Below are positions 9,055 through 19,090 of a stretch of 64,000 bases of DNA, one piece after another. Under the pieces are notes generated by a model. That model searched no databases, was not told the DNA's origin, and saw only the letters and a list, made by a program, of their open reading frames with translations. The position numbers and the translations under genes are program-made. The DNA lies in NCBI GenBank assembly GCA_044225365.1, contig JBGAIQ010000003.1:96001-160000 (forward strand), read 5' to 3'. Every line of letters begins with the position of its first letter. The first letter of the stretch is position 1. The DNA is from Planctomycetota bacterium (GTDB lineage Bacteria > Planctomycetota > B15-G4 > JADJEK01).

Positions 9055-10874
9055 TCCGCGCCGTGCTCCTCGCACTCGCCCTCGCGCAACCCAGGGAAGG
9101 CGACGCGACCGGAATCGATGCCGTCATCGAGCGGCTCGACCTCTCCGCCGTCCGCGTCCAGGATGCCCTTCGCCTCCTGTCCGAGGAGAGCGGCGTCAAC
9201 TTCACGGCTTCCGCCGAAGCCGCGGGAAAGTCCGTCACCACGTTCCTCCAGCACGTGACGGTGAGGCAGGCCGTCGAAGCGATCGCGAAGAGCAACGGCC
9301 TGTGGTACCGCATCGAGCCCGAGACCGGACTCGTGCGAATCATGACGAGCCGGGAGTTCGAACAGGATCTCGTGCTGTTCCGCGATCAGACGACGCGCGT
9401 GTACACGCTGCTCTATCCGAATGCGCGGGAGATCGCCCTCGCGATCAAGAACCTCTACGGCGACCGCGTCGAACTCTCGCTCGACGAGGACTCGCGATCC
9501 GACGATTTCGACGAGCTCCGCGACCGCTTCCAGCGCTTCGATCTCCTCGAGCAGCGCGCGCAGAGCCTCGGCATCTTCGCGGGCGGCGGGACGAATACGG
9601 TGGGCTCGAACGGGCTCCTCTCGGGGGGGAGCGATGGCAGCAGCAGCGCGTTCCTACGTTCGAACAGCGCGGGTTTCACGCACCAGCCGACCACGAAGTC
9701 GAACGAAGGAAACTCCACGCCGAACGAGAAGCCTCGGACCGAGCTCACTCCGGAGATGCTCGGACAGCTCCAGAAAGCGGTCGAGTCCGGCGGCGAGCAA
9801 GGCGTCGACTCGAACCTCCTGAAGGATCTGCGCGGCGCACCGGCATCGATCTTCGTCACCGTGATGCGGCGCACGCATCGCATCGTGATCCGCTCGTCCG
9901 ACCGCGCGGCGGTCGACGAGATCGAACAGCTCGTCCAGCAGCTCGACGTCCCGACGCCGCAGGTCCTGATGGAGCTGAAGATCCTCTCGATCGATCTCGC
10001 CGACGACTTCCAGTCGGTGTTCGATTTCAAGTACACCGGCGGATCGGACAAGGTGTCGTTCCTCGCGGGATCGACGGGAGCGTCGATCGATCCGAGCGCG
10101 CTCGTGTACCAGTACGTGGACGATCACTTCAAGACGAGGCTCGAACTCCTCGAGGACCGCGGCCGCGTCACCACGCTCGCTACGCCGCTCCTGCTCGTCT
10201 CGAACAACGAGGTCGCGAGGCTCTTCGTCGGCGAGGAGCGGCCGATCGTCCGCAACATCTCGAGTCAGACCACGATCTCGCAGAACGTCGCGGCCGACAG
10301 CGGCTCCGCGACGGTCGAGATCCGCCCGATCGGAACGACCCTGCTCCTCACGCCGAACATCAACGCCGATCGTACGGTGACGGTGCGCGTCGTCCAGGAG
10401 ACCTCGACCGTGAAGGAGAAGGACGCCGAGATCCCAGTGGTCGTCAACGAGAACCTCGTCTCGTTCCCCGTCGACGTCGTTGCCTCGCGCACCGTGAACG
10501 CGACGATCGTCGCCAAGGACGGGCTCTCCGTCGCGCTCGGCGGTCTCATCGAGGAACGCGTTCGCAAGGACCGCAACGGCGTACCTTGGCTGATGGACCT
10601 CCCGGGTCTCGGGTTCTTCTTCCGACGCGAGCAGGACGTGCGCCAGCGCTCCGAGCTCCTCGTCGTGATCAAACCGCTCGTCCTGTTCACGGCCGAGGAG
10701 GGTCTCGCGCGATCCCGCGACGCCGCCGCGCGCCTCTCGATCCATCCGTCCGCCGCGACGCTCGGCGAGAAGCAGCTCGGCACGTTCGCTCCGCACGAGG
10801 CGCCGACCGGTGGACGAGATCACGATTCGCTCCAGGATCTCGAACTGCTCGGCGCACGCGGAGGCAAGCGATGA
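9051..10874 (+). CDS. gspD: Secretin (GspD/PilQ family)
   Basis: STN-like N-terminus, QLDVPTPQVLME, LATPLLLVSNNEVA, ALGGLI, GVPWLMDLPGLGFFFR, RSELLVVIKP. Confidence 0.9.
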   Translation: MIRAVLLALALAQPREGDATGIDAVIERLDLSAVRVQDALRLLSEESGVNFTASAEAAGKSVTTFLQHVTVRQAVEAIAKSNGLWYRIEPETGLVRIMTSREFEQDLVLFRDQTTRVYTLLYPNAREIALAIKNLYGDRVELSLDEDSRSDDFDELRDRFQRFDLLEQRAQSLGIFAGGGTNTVGSNGLLSGGSDGSSSAFLRSNSAGFTHQPTTKSNEGNSTPNEKPRTELTPEMLGQLQKAVESGGEQGVDSNLLKDLRGAPASIFVTVMRRTHRIVIRSSDRAAVDEIEQLVQQLDVPTPQVLMELKILSIDLADDFQSVFDFKYTGGSDKVSFLAGSTGASIDPSALVYQYVDDHFKTRLELLEDRGRVTTLATPLLLVSNNEVARLFVGEERPIVRNISSQTTISQNVAADSGSATVEIRPIGTTLLLTPNINADRTVTVRVVQETSTVKEKDAEIPVVVNENLVSFPVDVVASRTVNATIVAKDGLSVALGGLIEERVRKDRNGVPWLMDLPGLGFFFRREQDVRQRSELLVVIKPLVLFTAEEGLARSRDAAARLSIHPSAATLGEKQLGTFAPHEAPTGGRDHDSLQDLELLGARGGKR

Positions 10875-11545
10875 TCGCGATGCGTGCCCTCACCGTCGGC
10901 GTCGTGCTCGCCGCTTCGGCGTGCGTGACGGAGCCCGCGTCCGATCCACCCGCGACCTCCGCTCGATCGAAGGACGTCGTCGTCGACGGCAACGTCGTCG
11001 CCGAACGCGCGGCGGCTGCGCCGAGCGACGAGGCCGCCGCGCTCGGCGCGAAACTCATCGCGGACGGCGAATACGCTTCGGCGCTCGTCGTGCTTCGCAT
11101 CGCGGAGGACAAGGATCCGTCGGCACGCAACGACCTGCGGATCGAGGAGGCGCGGGCGCTCCATCTCCAGTCGATGCACGGGTCGGCGCTCGCCCTCCTC
11201 GCCACCGTGGTCGACGAGGCCGAGAACGACGCCGTGCGTCGCCGGGCGCTCGGACTCGCGGGCACGATCCACGCCGCGACCGGCGATCTCGTACGCGCCG
11301 AGCAGGAACTGCGACGGAGTCTCCATGCCGATGATTCGTGGAAGGGAGCCACCCGCGCGCTGTCGGACCTCGGTGTCGTCCTCCTGCGCGAGGGCAAGCG
11401 CGACGAAGGCGTGAACACGCTCCTGCTCGCCCGCCGCCGCTTCCTGGCCGAGGACGACGCGGAAGGCGCCGCCGCGGTCGAACGCAATCTGATGCGCGCG
11501 AGCGTGAAGGCCCCCTACCCGCCGCCCATGCCCTCTTGGCCCTGA
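10871..11545 (+). CDS. TPR lipoprotein, candidate secretin pilotin
   Basis: Lipobox LAASA|C, TPR-like helices (ALSDLGVVLLREGK), translationally coupled to the secretin. Confidence 0.6.
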   Translation: MIAMRALTVGVVLAASACVTEPASDPPATSARSKDVVVDGNVVAERAAAAPSDEAAALGAKLIADGEYASALVVLRIAEDKDPSARNDLRIEEARALHLQSMHGSALALLATVVDEAENDAVRRRALGLAGTIHAATGDLVRAEQELRRSLHADDSWKGATRALSDLGVVLLREGKRDEGVNTLLLARRRFLAEDDAEGAAAVERNLMRASVKAPYPPPMPSWP

Positions 11546-11580
11546 AGCCTCGATCCACACCCTTCGTGGGCCCACCGCCG

Positions 11581-11613
11581 TCTTTCGCTTCCGCGCGATC
11601 GTCGGCAGAATGC
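11581..11613 (+). promoter_or_regulatory. Conserved promoter element, copy 1 (TTTCGC...CAGAAT)
   Basis: 28/33 identical to 14225-14257; both copies lie upstream of M48 paralogues. Confidence 0.55.
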
Positions 11614-11741
11614 CCGGCGCGTCGAGATAGGCTCCTCCGAATCGACGGCGGGAAGGACCCCTCGAGAGATGGACGAATGCGCGCCGCGTCAGGATATGAA
11701 ATCGCGTCGCTCCGTGAGCTTGGGCGAGGTCGCGTTGCGGC

Positions 11742-14183
11742 ATGCGTAGGATCGCGCTCGCCCTGACTGCACTTCTCTGCTGGATCGGAGGATTCCATAT
11801 CCTGTTCGGGGAGCCGAGCACGGCGGCGGATTGGCGACTCTACCTCGACTCCGGAGGCTGGAGAACCGTTCGGGGCGAGGTCACGTCGCGCACCGTCTCT
11901 CGACTTCGGGAGTTCTCACCCCCACCCGAATATCGATTCGTCGTTCATTATCGATACGAGGTCGAGGGTGCGTCCTACTCGAGCGACCGTTATTACATCG
12001 ACGGCACGTCGCTTCGCGTCATGCAACCCGACATCCCCAAGTACACCGCTGCGTTTCGCGACGGAACGTCGATTCTCATCGATTACCGACGCGAGTCCCC
12101 TGGGTTCTCCGTAATCGACCGTAGGGCCACTCGATCGATGACCGCTCGAGCCATCGGTGGGCTCATCGGAATCCTACTCGGCGCGTTCCTTCTCTTTGCC
12201 GCAGTTCGCGCCTCGTCGCCGAGCCGCCCCTCGATCGTCGTGGACCCGCAAATGGGGTCGAAGGAAACCGGACCCGGGACGTTCCTCGTTCCAACCCTTG
12301 CCGAGGAGCAACGAATCGCGATCGCAAAGTCGATCGAACGCGAAGCAGCCACGAATCCGCGACTGTTTCGCCTGCGACTCTTCGGTCTCGGACTCCTTGG
12401 TCATGCCGTCGTAGCGGGCTTCGTTCTCACCTGCGTCGTCGCCTGCGCCTTGGTCGACTTCCTTTGCTTCGCCGCCAAGACCTACTGCTTCATCCTTCAC
12501 GCTACGGTTATCTTCGGCGTAGCCCTGTTCGTCGTCGTCCGAGCGCTCTGCTTTCGGCTGCCTGCCACAGAGGGCGTCTTGCTGTCGAAGAGCGATTGGC
12601 CAGATCTCCACGAGGAAGTCGAGCGACTCCGACGCGCGGTAGGAGCGCCTCGCATTCATCGAATCTATGCCTTGCGAGTATTCAACGCCCGCGCGAGCCA
12701 GACGCCGCGTCTTGGTCCGTTCGGTTTCTACAGCAATGAAGTGGCGCTAGGGCTCCCACTGCTGTTCGGATTGTCGCGCGATGAATTCTGCGCAGTGCTC
12801 GCGCACGAACTCGGGCATATCAGTGCGCGTCACTCGCGATTCGGACGCCGAGTCTATCGAACGCGTCTGACGTGGTTACGTCTCGCAAGCCAACTGTCAC
12901 GGCAGCGGACATTCGGTTGGAGACTCTTCGTTCCGTTCTATCGGTGGTTCGCCGTTCGGTACGCGCTACGCGCTCTCGTCATTGCGAGGCAGTTCGAGCG
13001 TTGCGCGGACGAAGCTGCGTACGCAGTCGTCGGAGGCCGGATCGGCGTGGACGCACTCGTTCGGACTGCGCTTCAAGCCCATCGACTGGACGACGAGTTC
13101 TGGCCGACGCTCGACGTCACCGCCAAGAGAACCGAGAATCCGCCGAGCGATGTCTTCGATGCGATGCGGCAGTTTCTAGCGCGTCCGTTCGATCTCGCCT
13201 CGGCGTCGAAGACGCTCGGCGAACTACTCGAAACCACGCCAACGCCCGACGACACTCACCCCGCGCTTCGCGATCGAGTCGAGGCCGCCGCGGCGGAGCC
13301 TCGAGTGCCGCCGCCGTTCGAGCGAAGTGCGGCGATCGAGATACTCGGCGACCGCGTCGAGAAGCTGATCAAAGTCTTCAACGCCGAGTGGTGCGAGGCG
13401 ATCTCCCAGTCGTGGCGCGAGCGCGCCGCCGCCTACGGGAAACAGAAGGAGCAACTCGACCTCCTCGAGCAGAAGGGAGATGCTCGCACGATCGACGAGT
13501 CGCTCGAGCGCGCTCTCCTGCTCGAATCGACCGAAGGCGTCCGATCGTCGCTCCCGGTTCTACGCACTCTCGTGGAGGAACGTCCCGATCACGCCGTGGC
13601 CCACTTCGAGCTCGCCCGGACGGCTTTCGAGTGCGGTGAACCCGATGCCGAACGTCTCCTCGAGGATGTCACGAATCGCCATCGCAATTTCGCGCTTCTG
13701 ACCTGTCCGCTTCTCGTGCGCAGCTGCCGCCGCCGGGGCGATTCCAAGGCGGCCGATGCCTGGGGTCGGAGACTTCGGGACGAGTCGATCGAGGACGAAC
13801 TCGCGAACGCCGAACGATTGAGAATCACGGGAGGCAGCGGGAGGAACTTGTTCGTGCCCCACGATCTCTCGGCCGACACGATCGCTCGCATCCAGAACGA
13901 GCTGTCGAGATTCCCGGAAATTGCGAAGGCGTTCGTGATGAAACGGCTCCTCACGCATCGACCCGAGCGCGAGCAGTACGTTTTCGCCCTCGCTACCAAG
14001 CCTGGTTTCGCGAACATCTTGCGTTCCACCCGCCGCAATCGGGACCACGCGCTGTTGGCATTGGTTGCGAGGCAGGCCCAACTTCCGGAGTCGATCCTGG
14101 TGGTGCTCAATTCGATTCCGGCACAAATCCACAAGGAACTCCTCGCCATCGCGAAGACACCCTTCTTCGAGCGCGTGACGTGA
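11742..14183 (+). CDS. DUF3592 + M48 (HtpX-like) zinc metallopeptidase with TPR-like C-terminal extension
   Basis: YRYEVEGASY (DUF3592-like), FNARAS, LAHELGH, QFERCADE, DTHP. Confidence 0.8.
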   Translation: MRRIALALTALLCWIGGFHILFGEPSTAADWRLYLDSGGWRTVRGEVTSRTVSRLREFSPPPEYRFVVHYRYEVEGASYSSDRYYIDGTSLRVMQPDIPKYTAAFRDGTSILIDYRRESPGFSVIDRRATRSMTARAIGGLIGILLGAFLLFAAVRASSPSRPSIVVDPQMGSKETGPGTFLVPTLAEEQRIAIAKSIEREAATNPRLFRLRLFGLGLLGHAVVAGFVLTCVVACALVDFLCFAAKTYCFILHATVIFGVALFVVVRALCFRLPATEGVLLSKSDWPDLHEEVERLRRAVGAPRIHRIYALRVFNARASQTPRLGPFGFYSNEVALGLPLLFGLSRDEFCAVLAHELGHISARHSRFGRRVYRTRLTWLRLASQLSRQRTFGWRLFVPFYRWFAVRYALRALVIARQFERCADEAAYAVVGGRIGVDALVRTALQAHRLDDEFWPTLDVTAKRTENPPSDVFDAMRQFLARPFDLASASKTLGELLETTPTPDDTHPALRDRVEAAAAEPRVPPPFERSAAIEILGDRVEKLIKVFNAEWCEAISQSWRERAAAYGKQKEQLDLLEQKGDARTIDESLERALLLESTEGVRSSLPVLRTLVEERPDHAVAHFELARTAFECGEPDAERLLEDVTNRHRNFALLTCPLLVRSCRRRGDSKAADAWGRRLRDESIEDELANAERLRITGGSGRNLFVPHDLSADTIARIQNELSRFPEIAKAFVMKRLLTHRPEREQYVFALATKPGFANILRSTRRNRDHALLALVARQAQLPESILVVLNSIPAQIHKELLAIAKTPFFERVT

Positions 14184-14224
14184 CTCATCGTTTCGCGTCG
14201 TCGCACGTGACGACGTGCTTGCAC

Positions 14225-14257
14225 TCTTTCGCTACCGAAGGATCGACGGCAGAATGC
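14225..14257 (+). promoter_or_regulatory. Conserved promoter element, copy 2
   Basis: TCTTTCGCTACCGAAGGATCGACGGCAGAATGC vs TCTTTCGCTTCCGCGCGATCGTCGGCAGAATGC at 11581. Confidence 0.55.
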
Positions 14258-14302
14258 TCGCCGCCCCGCCGCATTGGGGGTCGCCCCGAGGATTCGGATC
14301 GG

Positions 14303-14410
14303 ATGGGAACGGGAGAGTCGCGTCGCAGCCGTCGCCGTCTCGTCATCGGATTCTGTGCGACCGCGATCGCGTGTGCGTCGACGTGGGCGGTTGCCGTCGA
14401 CTGGCGGTAG
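14303..14410 (+). pseudogene. Possible truncated N-terminal remnant of a further DUF3592 paralogue (35 aa)
   Basis: MGTGESRRSRRRLVIGFCATAIACASTWAVAVDWR-stop; TM followed by xDWR as in the 11742 protein (AADWR). Confidence 0.3.
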
Positions 14411-14440
14411 ACGGCGCCCGCGAACGGCCTCACGAAGTTC

Positions 14441-16183
14441 ATGACTCGCCAAACCAAGCTGCTGTTGCTCTGCCTCTTCTCGATCGGCTACTTCGCGTGG
14501 CTCGCTCCCCATCTCGTCGAGTGGTACCGCGCGAAGGACTACTCCTCCACCCTCGGCGTCGTGCTCACCCGCGACATCGATGAGACGACGAATCGCCAGG
14601 ATGGTGGCGCGACAATGCACCTGCGGTATCGATTCAAGGTCGACGATCGGGAGTACGAAGGAACTCGTTACTACCTGGACGGCTCCGATCTCCGCATGCG
14701 CCGCCTCGAGCAACGCAGCGTCGCAGCTCGATTCGCACCCGGTTCCCGCGTCACGATCCACTACTCGACTGCGGATCCTGCCCGCTGCGTCATCGAGACG
14801 ACGTTCCCGCGCACGATGTTCGGAGTGCTTGCACTGCTTGCCGTCATGCTGGGCCTCGCGGCCTACCAGTGGATGCGGCTGCGAATCGAACTCCGGGCGA
14901 GAAGAGAGAGCGGCTCCACGTTGGAATCCGTCGCCCCGATCCGTTCGACGCCGGACATCGCGAAGCTCGAAACGCTGCAAGCCGAAGCGCGCGCGCAGCC
15001 CGAGGAGTTTCGCTGGAAACTCAACCTCCTCGGCCTTCTGGGCTACGCGCCCCATGCCTTGACGTTCCTCCTCGCCGCGGGTGGATGCGCCGCGATCGCG
15101 CTTGGCTGGGTCGGTGCGCAGAGTGCCGCTCTCGCGATCCTGGTGGGCGTGCTCGGATCGTTCTTCCGGTCGCTCGCGGTATCGATCGACAAGCCGGCGG
15201 GCATCGTCTTGAAGCGGCGGCATCATCCCGAGCTGTTTGCCGTGATCGACGAACTCTGCCTCGTGGCCGAAGCCCCGAAGATCGACAAGGTTCTCATCGG
15301 CGGCGAGTTCAATGCGTCCGCCTTCGAAACGCCCGAATTGGGTCCGTTCGGTGACTGGCAGCGTCACGTCGTGATCGGAATGCCCCTCGCGCTCATGGCG
15401 ACGCGCGATGAATTCGCTGCGTGCCTCGCGCACGAGATCGGTCACCTGCGTGGTGGTCACGGCAAGTTCGTCCACGGCGTGCATCGCCGGGGAATGGCGT
15501 GGCTTCGTTTCCTGAGTGCGATCGAGAAGCGCGAGGGGCTCAGCGCTCGCATCTTCGTCGGCTTCTACCGGTGGTTCGTTCCGCGCTACGTGACGCGGGT
15601 GCACGTCCTCATGCGAGAATTCGAACGAAGCGCCGACGAAGTCGCGGCGAAGGCGATCTCCGCGCGGGCTCTCGTCGACATGCTGACGCGACTCCTACTC
15701 GAGCGCGAGCGGGCGACGAAACGTTTCTGGATCCCGCTCGCCGCGCAGCAGCGAACGCAGACGCTGCCTCCCGACGATCTCCATACTCGCATGCGCGAGT
15801 ACTTCGCGCGCGACTGGGAGCACTCCGACTTCGAGTGGGCCCAATCCGAGATGCGGGCGGTGAAGGAGGCCCCCGACGACCCGAGCGATTCGCATCCGCC
15901 GTTGCGGGAGCGGGCCGCCGCATTCGGCCTCGAGCCGCGCCTCCCTCCGCGCATCGAGGTGTGCGCCGCGGATGTCCTGTTCGGCGACCGCCTGGACGCG
16001 CTCTGTGCCCAACTCGACCGCTCATGGTTCGACGCGGTGAAGCCGAAGTGGAAGGCGGCCCATGTCCGTTGGAAGAAGAAGGAGGCACGGCTGAGGGCGC
16101 TCGAGCAACGGGCGGCCTCCCTGTCCGCGAAGGACCGAGCCGAACTCGAGATCCTCCAAGACGAGCTCGGAATGCGCTCCTGA
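14441..16183 (+). CDS. DUF3592 + M48 zinc metallopeptidase, paralogue 2
   Basis: YRFKVDDREYEG, FNASA, LAHEIGH, EFERSADE, DSHPP. Confidence 0.82.
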   Translation: MTRQTKLLLLCLFSIGYFAWLAPHLVEWYRAKDYSSTLGVVLTRDIDETTNRQDGGATMHLRYRFKVDDREYEGTRYYLDGSDLRMRRLEQRSVAARFAPGSRVTIHYSTADPARCVIETTFPRTMFGVLALLAVMLGLAAYQWMRLRIELRARRESGSTLESVAPIRSTPDIAKLETLQAEARAQPEEFRWKLNLLGLLGYAPHALTFLLAAGGCAAIALGWVGAQSAALAILVGVLGSFFRSLAVSIDKPAGIVLKRRHHPELFAVIDELCLVAEAPKIDKVLIGGEFNASAFETPELGPFGDWQRHVVIGMPLALMATRDEFAACLAHEIGHLRGGHGKFVHGVHRRGMAWLRFLSAIEKREGLSARIFVGFYRWFVPRYVTRVHVLMREFERSADEVAAKAISARALVDMLTRLLLERERATKRFWIPLAAQQRTQTLPPDDLHTRMREYFARDWEHSDFEWAQSEMRAVKEAPDDPSDSHPPLRERAAAFGLEPRLPPRIEVCAADVLFGDRLDALCAQLDRSWFDAVKPKWKAAHVRWKKKEARLRALEQRAASLSAKDRAELEILQDELGMRS

Positions 16184-16223
16184 TCCGCTTGCGTCGCCGT
16201 CGGATTCGTAGTCTCCTTCGCGA

Positions 16224-18488
16224 ATGATCGAAGCTCTCGTCCTCTTCGCAGTCGCTCTTCCTCCCATCGACGACGCCAAGGATGCTCGCGGGTCCTCGGC
16301 GGCGCTCGAAGTGTCGATCGCTCGATTGCCCCTCCTCCCTCCGAACCCGCAGCGCGTGAGCGACGACTGGCTCGTCGATTCCGCGAAAACGGAAGCGACC
16401 GCGTATCGCATGGCGAATCCCTTCGAGATTGCGCTCGACAACGGGCTCGTGCGGGAGACGATTCGTCTCGCGCCCTACTGTGCGAGAGTCGGACTCGACG
16501 ACGTCTCGGGAAATGGCTTCGGTGCATCGATCCTTCGCGCGATCGAGCCCGAGGCGACGTTCACGCTCGATGGTCGCGAGGTGCAAGTCGGCGGCATCGC
16601 CGACGACGGCACGATCGAACGCGCCTTCACCAAACCCGAGTGGCTCGCGGCCTTCCGACCCGACCCGACCGCGTTCGTCTGTACGGGCTTTCACTGCGCG
16701 CCAATCGAAGCCCGGCTGCAATGGAAACGAGTGCGACACGCCGCGCCGGATGCGACGTGGCCGCCGAAAGGGATCGCCCTCGACCTCGAGTTCGCCGCGC
16801 CGAGCTCGGATCCCGCGCTCGCGGGCGTCGTCGTAACCGTGCGACACGAGTCGTACACCGGACTCCCGCTTCTTTCGAAACGCGTGACGCTGAAGAACGG
16901 TTCGACGCACGCGCTACGCATCGATTCGTTCGTCGCCGAACGGCTCGCAGCGGTCGAGCCCGAGTCCGACGTCGAACAGCCACAACGATTCGAATACCCG
17001 AACCTCCACGTCGAGACCGATTACACCTTCGGCGGATTCCGTCCCGAGAGCGCGAATCAGACCGTGAACTGGATACCGGACCCGAAGTACTCGACGCAGG
17101 TGAACTATCGACGGACGACGCCGAACCTCCTCGTCGTGAAGCCACCGCTCGGGCCTGGCATCGTGCTGAAACCCGGCGAGTCGTTCTCCACCTTCACCAC
17201 GTGGATGCTCGTGAACGACTCCACCGATCGCGAACGCAAGACGCTCGGTCGCCGCCGCATGATGCGCGCGCTCGCGCCCTGGGTCACCGAGAACCCGATC
17301 CTCATGCACATCCGCTCGGCGGAACCGAGCGCGGTGAAGCTCGCGCTCGATCAATGTCACGATGTCGGATTCGAGATGGCGATCCTGACCTTCGGCAGCG
17401 GGTTCGACGCCGAGAACACGGATCCCCGGACCATCGCGGAATTGAAGGAACTCGCCGATTACGCGAAGTCCCGCGGAGTCGAACTCGGCGGCTACTCCCT
17501 GCTCGCGAGCCGATCGATCGGGAAGGACCAGGACGTCATCGATCCCGTCACGCACGAGACCGGGCACGCGCGCTTTGGCAACTCGCCGTGTCTCGAGAGC
17601 GCGTGGAGCGACGGATACTTCACGAAGCTGCGCCATCTCTTCGCGACCACGGGCTTCATGGTGCTCGAGCACGACGGGAGTTACCCGGGCGACGTCTGCG
17701 CGTCGACCTCACATCCCGGACATCTCGGACTCGACGACTCGCAGTGGCGACAGTGGGAGACGATCCGCGATTACTATCGCGAGTGCCGCGCCCAGGGCAT
17801 CTATCTCAACGTCCCCGATTGGTACTTCCTGAACGGCTCGTCGAAGATCGGAATGGGATATCGGGAGTCGAACTGGTCGCTGCCGCGCGATCGCCAGATC
17901 GTGCTCGGCCGGCAGAATCTCTACGATGGCACGTTCGAGAAGACGCCGAGCATGGGCTGGATGTTCGTGCCCCTCGTCGAGTACCAGGGCGGCGGCGCGG
18001 CGGCCACGCTCGAACCGCTCGCGGATCACCTTCCCGATTATTCGCGCCACTTCGCGAATCTGTTCGGCTTCGGTGCGCAGGCCTGCTTCCGCGGCCCGCG
18101 GCTCTACGACAGTGAGAAGACGCGCGCGATGGTGAAGAGCTGGGTCGACTTCTTCGAAGCCCACCGCACGCTCCTCGAATCCGATGTGATCCATCTGCGG
18201 CGCGCCGACGGCCGCGACCTCGACTACGTCCTCCATGTCGATCCGAGAGAACGTGCGGCGATGCTCGTCGCCTACAACCCGACGAACTCCGCGCTGACTC
18301 GATCGATAAGAGTCCCCCTCCACTACGCCGGTCTGCGCGGAAGAGTGGTGATCGAGGACGTTTCTCCTTTTGCGGCAGCCCCCTCGACGCGGCTCGCGGA
18401 TCTCGACTCGTCGCAATCGCTGGAAACGGATGTCGACGTCTCCCCCGATCGACCGCTCTTCCTCCGGATCTCACAACCGCCGAAGTGA
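16224..18488 (+). CDS. Secreted glycoside hydrolase, alpha-galactosidase (GH36-like)
   Basis: Signal peptide; LGGYSLLASR, EHDGSYPGD, GMGYRESNWSLPR motifs recalled from proteins annotated as alpha-galactosidase; specificity unverified. Confidence 0.55.
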   Translation: MIEALVLFAVALPPIDDAKDARGSSAALEVSIARLPLLPPNPQRVSDDWLVDSAKTEATAYRMANPFEIALDNGLVRETIRLAPYCARVGLDDVSGNGFGASILRAIEPEATFTLDGREVQVGGIADDGTIERAFTKPEWLAAFRPDPTAFVCTGFHCAPIEARLQWKRVRHAAPDATWPPKGIALDLEFAAPSSDPALAGVVVTVRHESYTGLPLLSKRVTLKNGSTHALRIDSFVAERLAAVEPESDVEQPQRFEYPNLHVETDYTFGGFRPESANQTVNWIPDPKYSTQVNYRRTTPNLLVVKPPLGPGIVLKPGESFSTFTTWMLVNDSTDRERKTLGRRRMMRALAPWVTENPILMHIRSAEPSAVKLALDQCHDVGFEMAILTFGSGFDAENTDPRTIAELKELADYAKSRGVELGGYSLLASRSIGKDQDVIDPVTHETGHARFGNSPCLESAWSDGYFTKLRHLFATTGFMVLEHDGSYPGDVCASTSHPGHLGLDDSQWRQWETIRDYYRECRAQGIYLNVPDWYFLNGSSKIGMGYRESNWSLPRDRQIVLGRQNLYDGTFEKTPSMGWMFVPLVEYQGGGAAATLEPLADHLPDYSRHFANLFGFGAQACFRGPRLYDSEKTRAMVKSWVDFFEAHRTLLESDVIHLRRADGRDLDYVLHVDPRERAAMLVAYNPTNSALTRSIRVPLHYAGLRGRVVIEDVSPFAAAPSTRLADLDSSQSLETDVDVSPDRPLFLRISQPPK

Positions 18489-18519
18489 TCTCTCAGCCCA
18501 ACCTCGTGCTGCATCCGAA

Positions 18520-19032
18520 TCAGAAGCGGGATCCCATCAAGGGCGCTGGCTTCTCGCAACGGCAGAACCGCAAGAGTCCCGTCGCATGCGCGGCGCGATC
18601 GACGGCAGCGTCCCAAGAACCCTCGGGCGGGACACGGAGGTTCCCCGCATCGCTACTCCGCTTCGAGCTGTCGGATGACATCAGGATCCATCCCGCGAGC
18701 CCGATACCGACCGCTCCCAGGATCATCCCACCCACGATGCTGCCTGCGCGCCGCAACGCGCGGCGGACCCCGACCGGGCAATCCTTTGTGATCACACGAC
18801 CGTCGGCGCGGCGATGCAGGCGAATGCAGACCGAATCCGATCGCGCCGTAAGCAGCGTGATCGCTTCGGCGCGGGTCATGGCGGAGAGGTCGTAGACATC
18901 GAGCCGGCACGCTGCGCAGTGGCGACTGCGATCGTCGCCCTTCATGTCCTCCCACTTCGCGGAGCATGGCGAAGCGATCGCGATGTCATCGAGATCGATT
19001 CGCGCATCCAAGTCCGATCGTGATTCGCTCAT
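18520..19032 (-). CDS. Cys-rich putative zinc-binding membrane protein (170 aa)
   Basis: IASPCSAKWEDMKGDDRSRHCAACRLDVYDLS...VCIRLHRRADGRVITKDCP followed by a TM helix. Confidence 0.7.
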   Translation of the reverse strand: MSESRSDLDARIDLDDIAIASPCSAKWEDMKGDDRSRHCAACRLDVYDLSAMTRAEAITLLTARSDSVCIRLHRRADGRVITKDCPVGVRRALRRAGSIVGGMILGAVGIGLAGWILMSSDSSKRSSDAGNLRVPPEGSWDAAVDRAAHATGLLRFCRCEKPAPLMGSRF

Positions 19033-19090
19033 GAGGATCCTTCTTGCCGGACTCTCGATCGCATGACGGCGTCCCGATTCGCGGCGCTTC

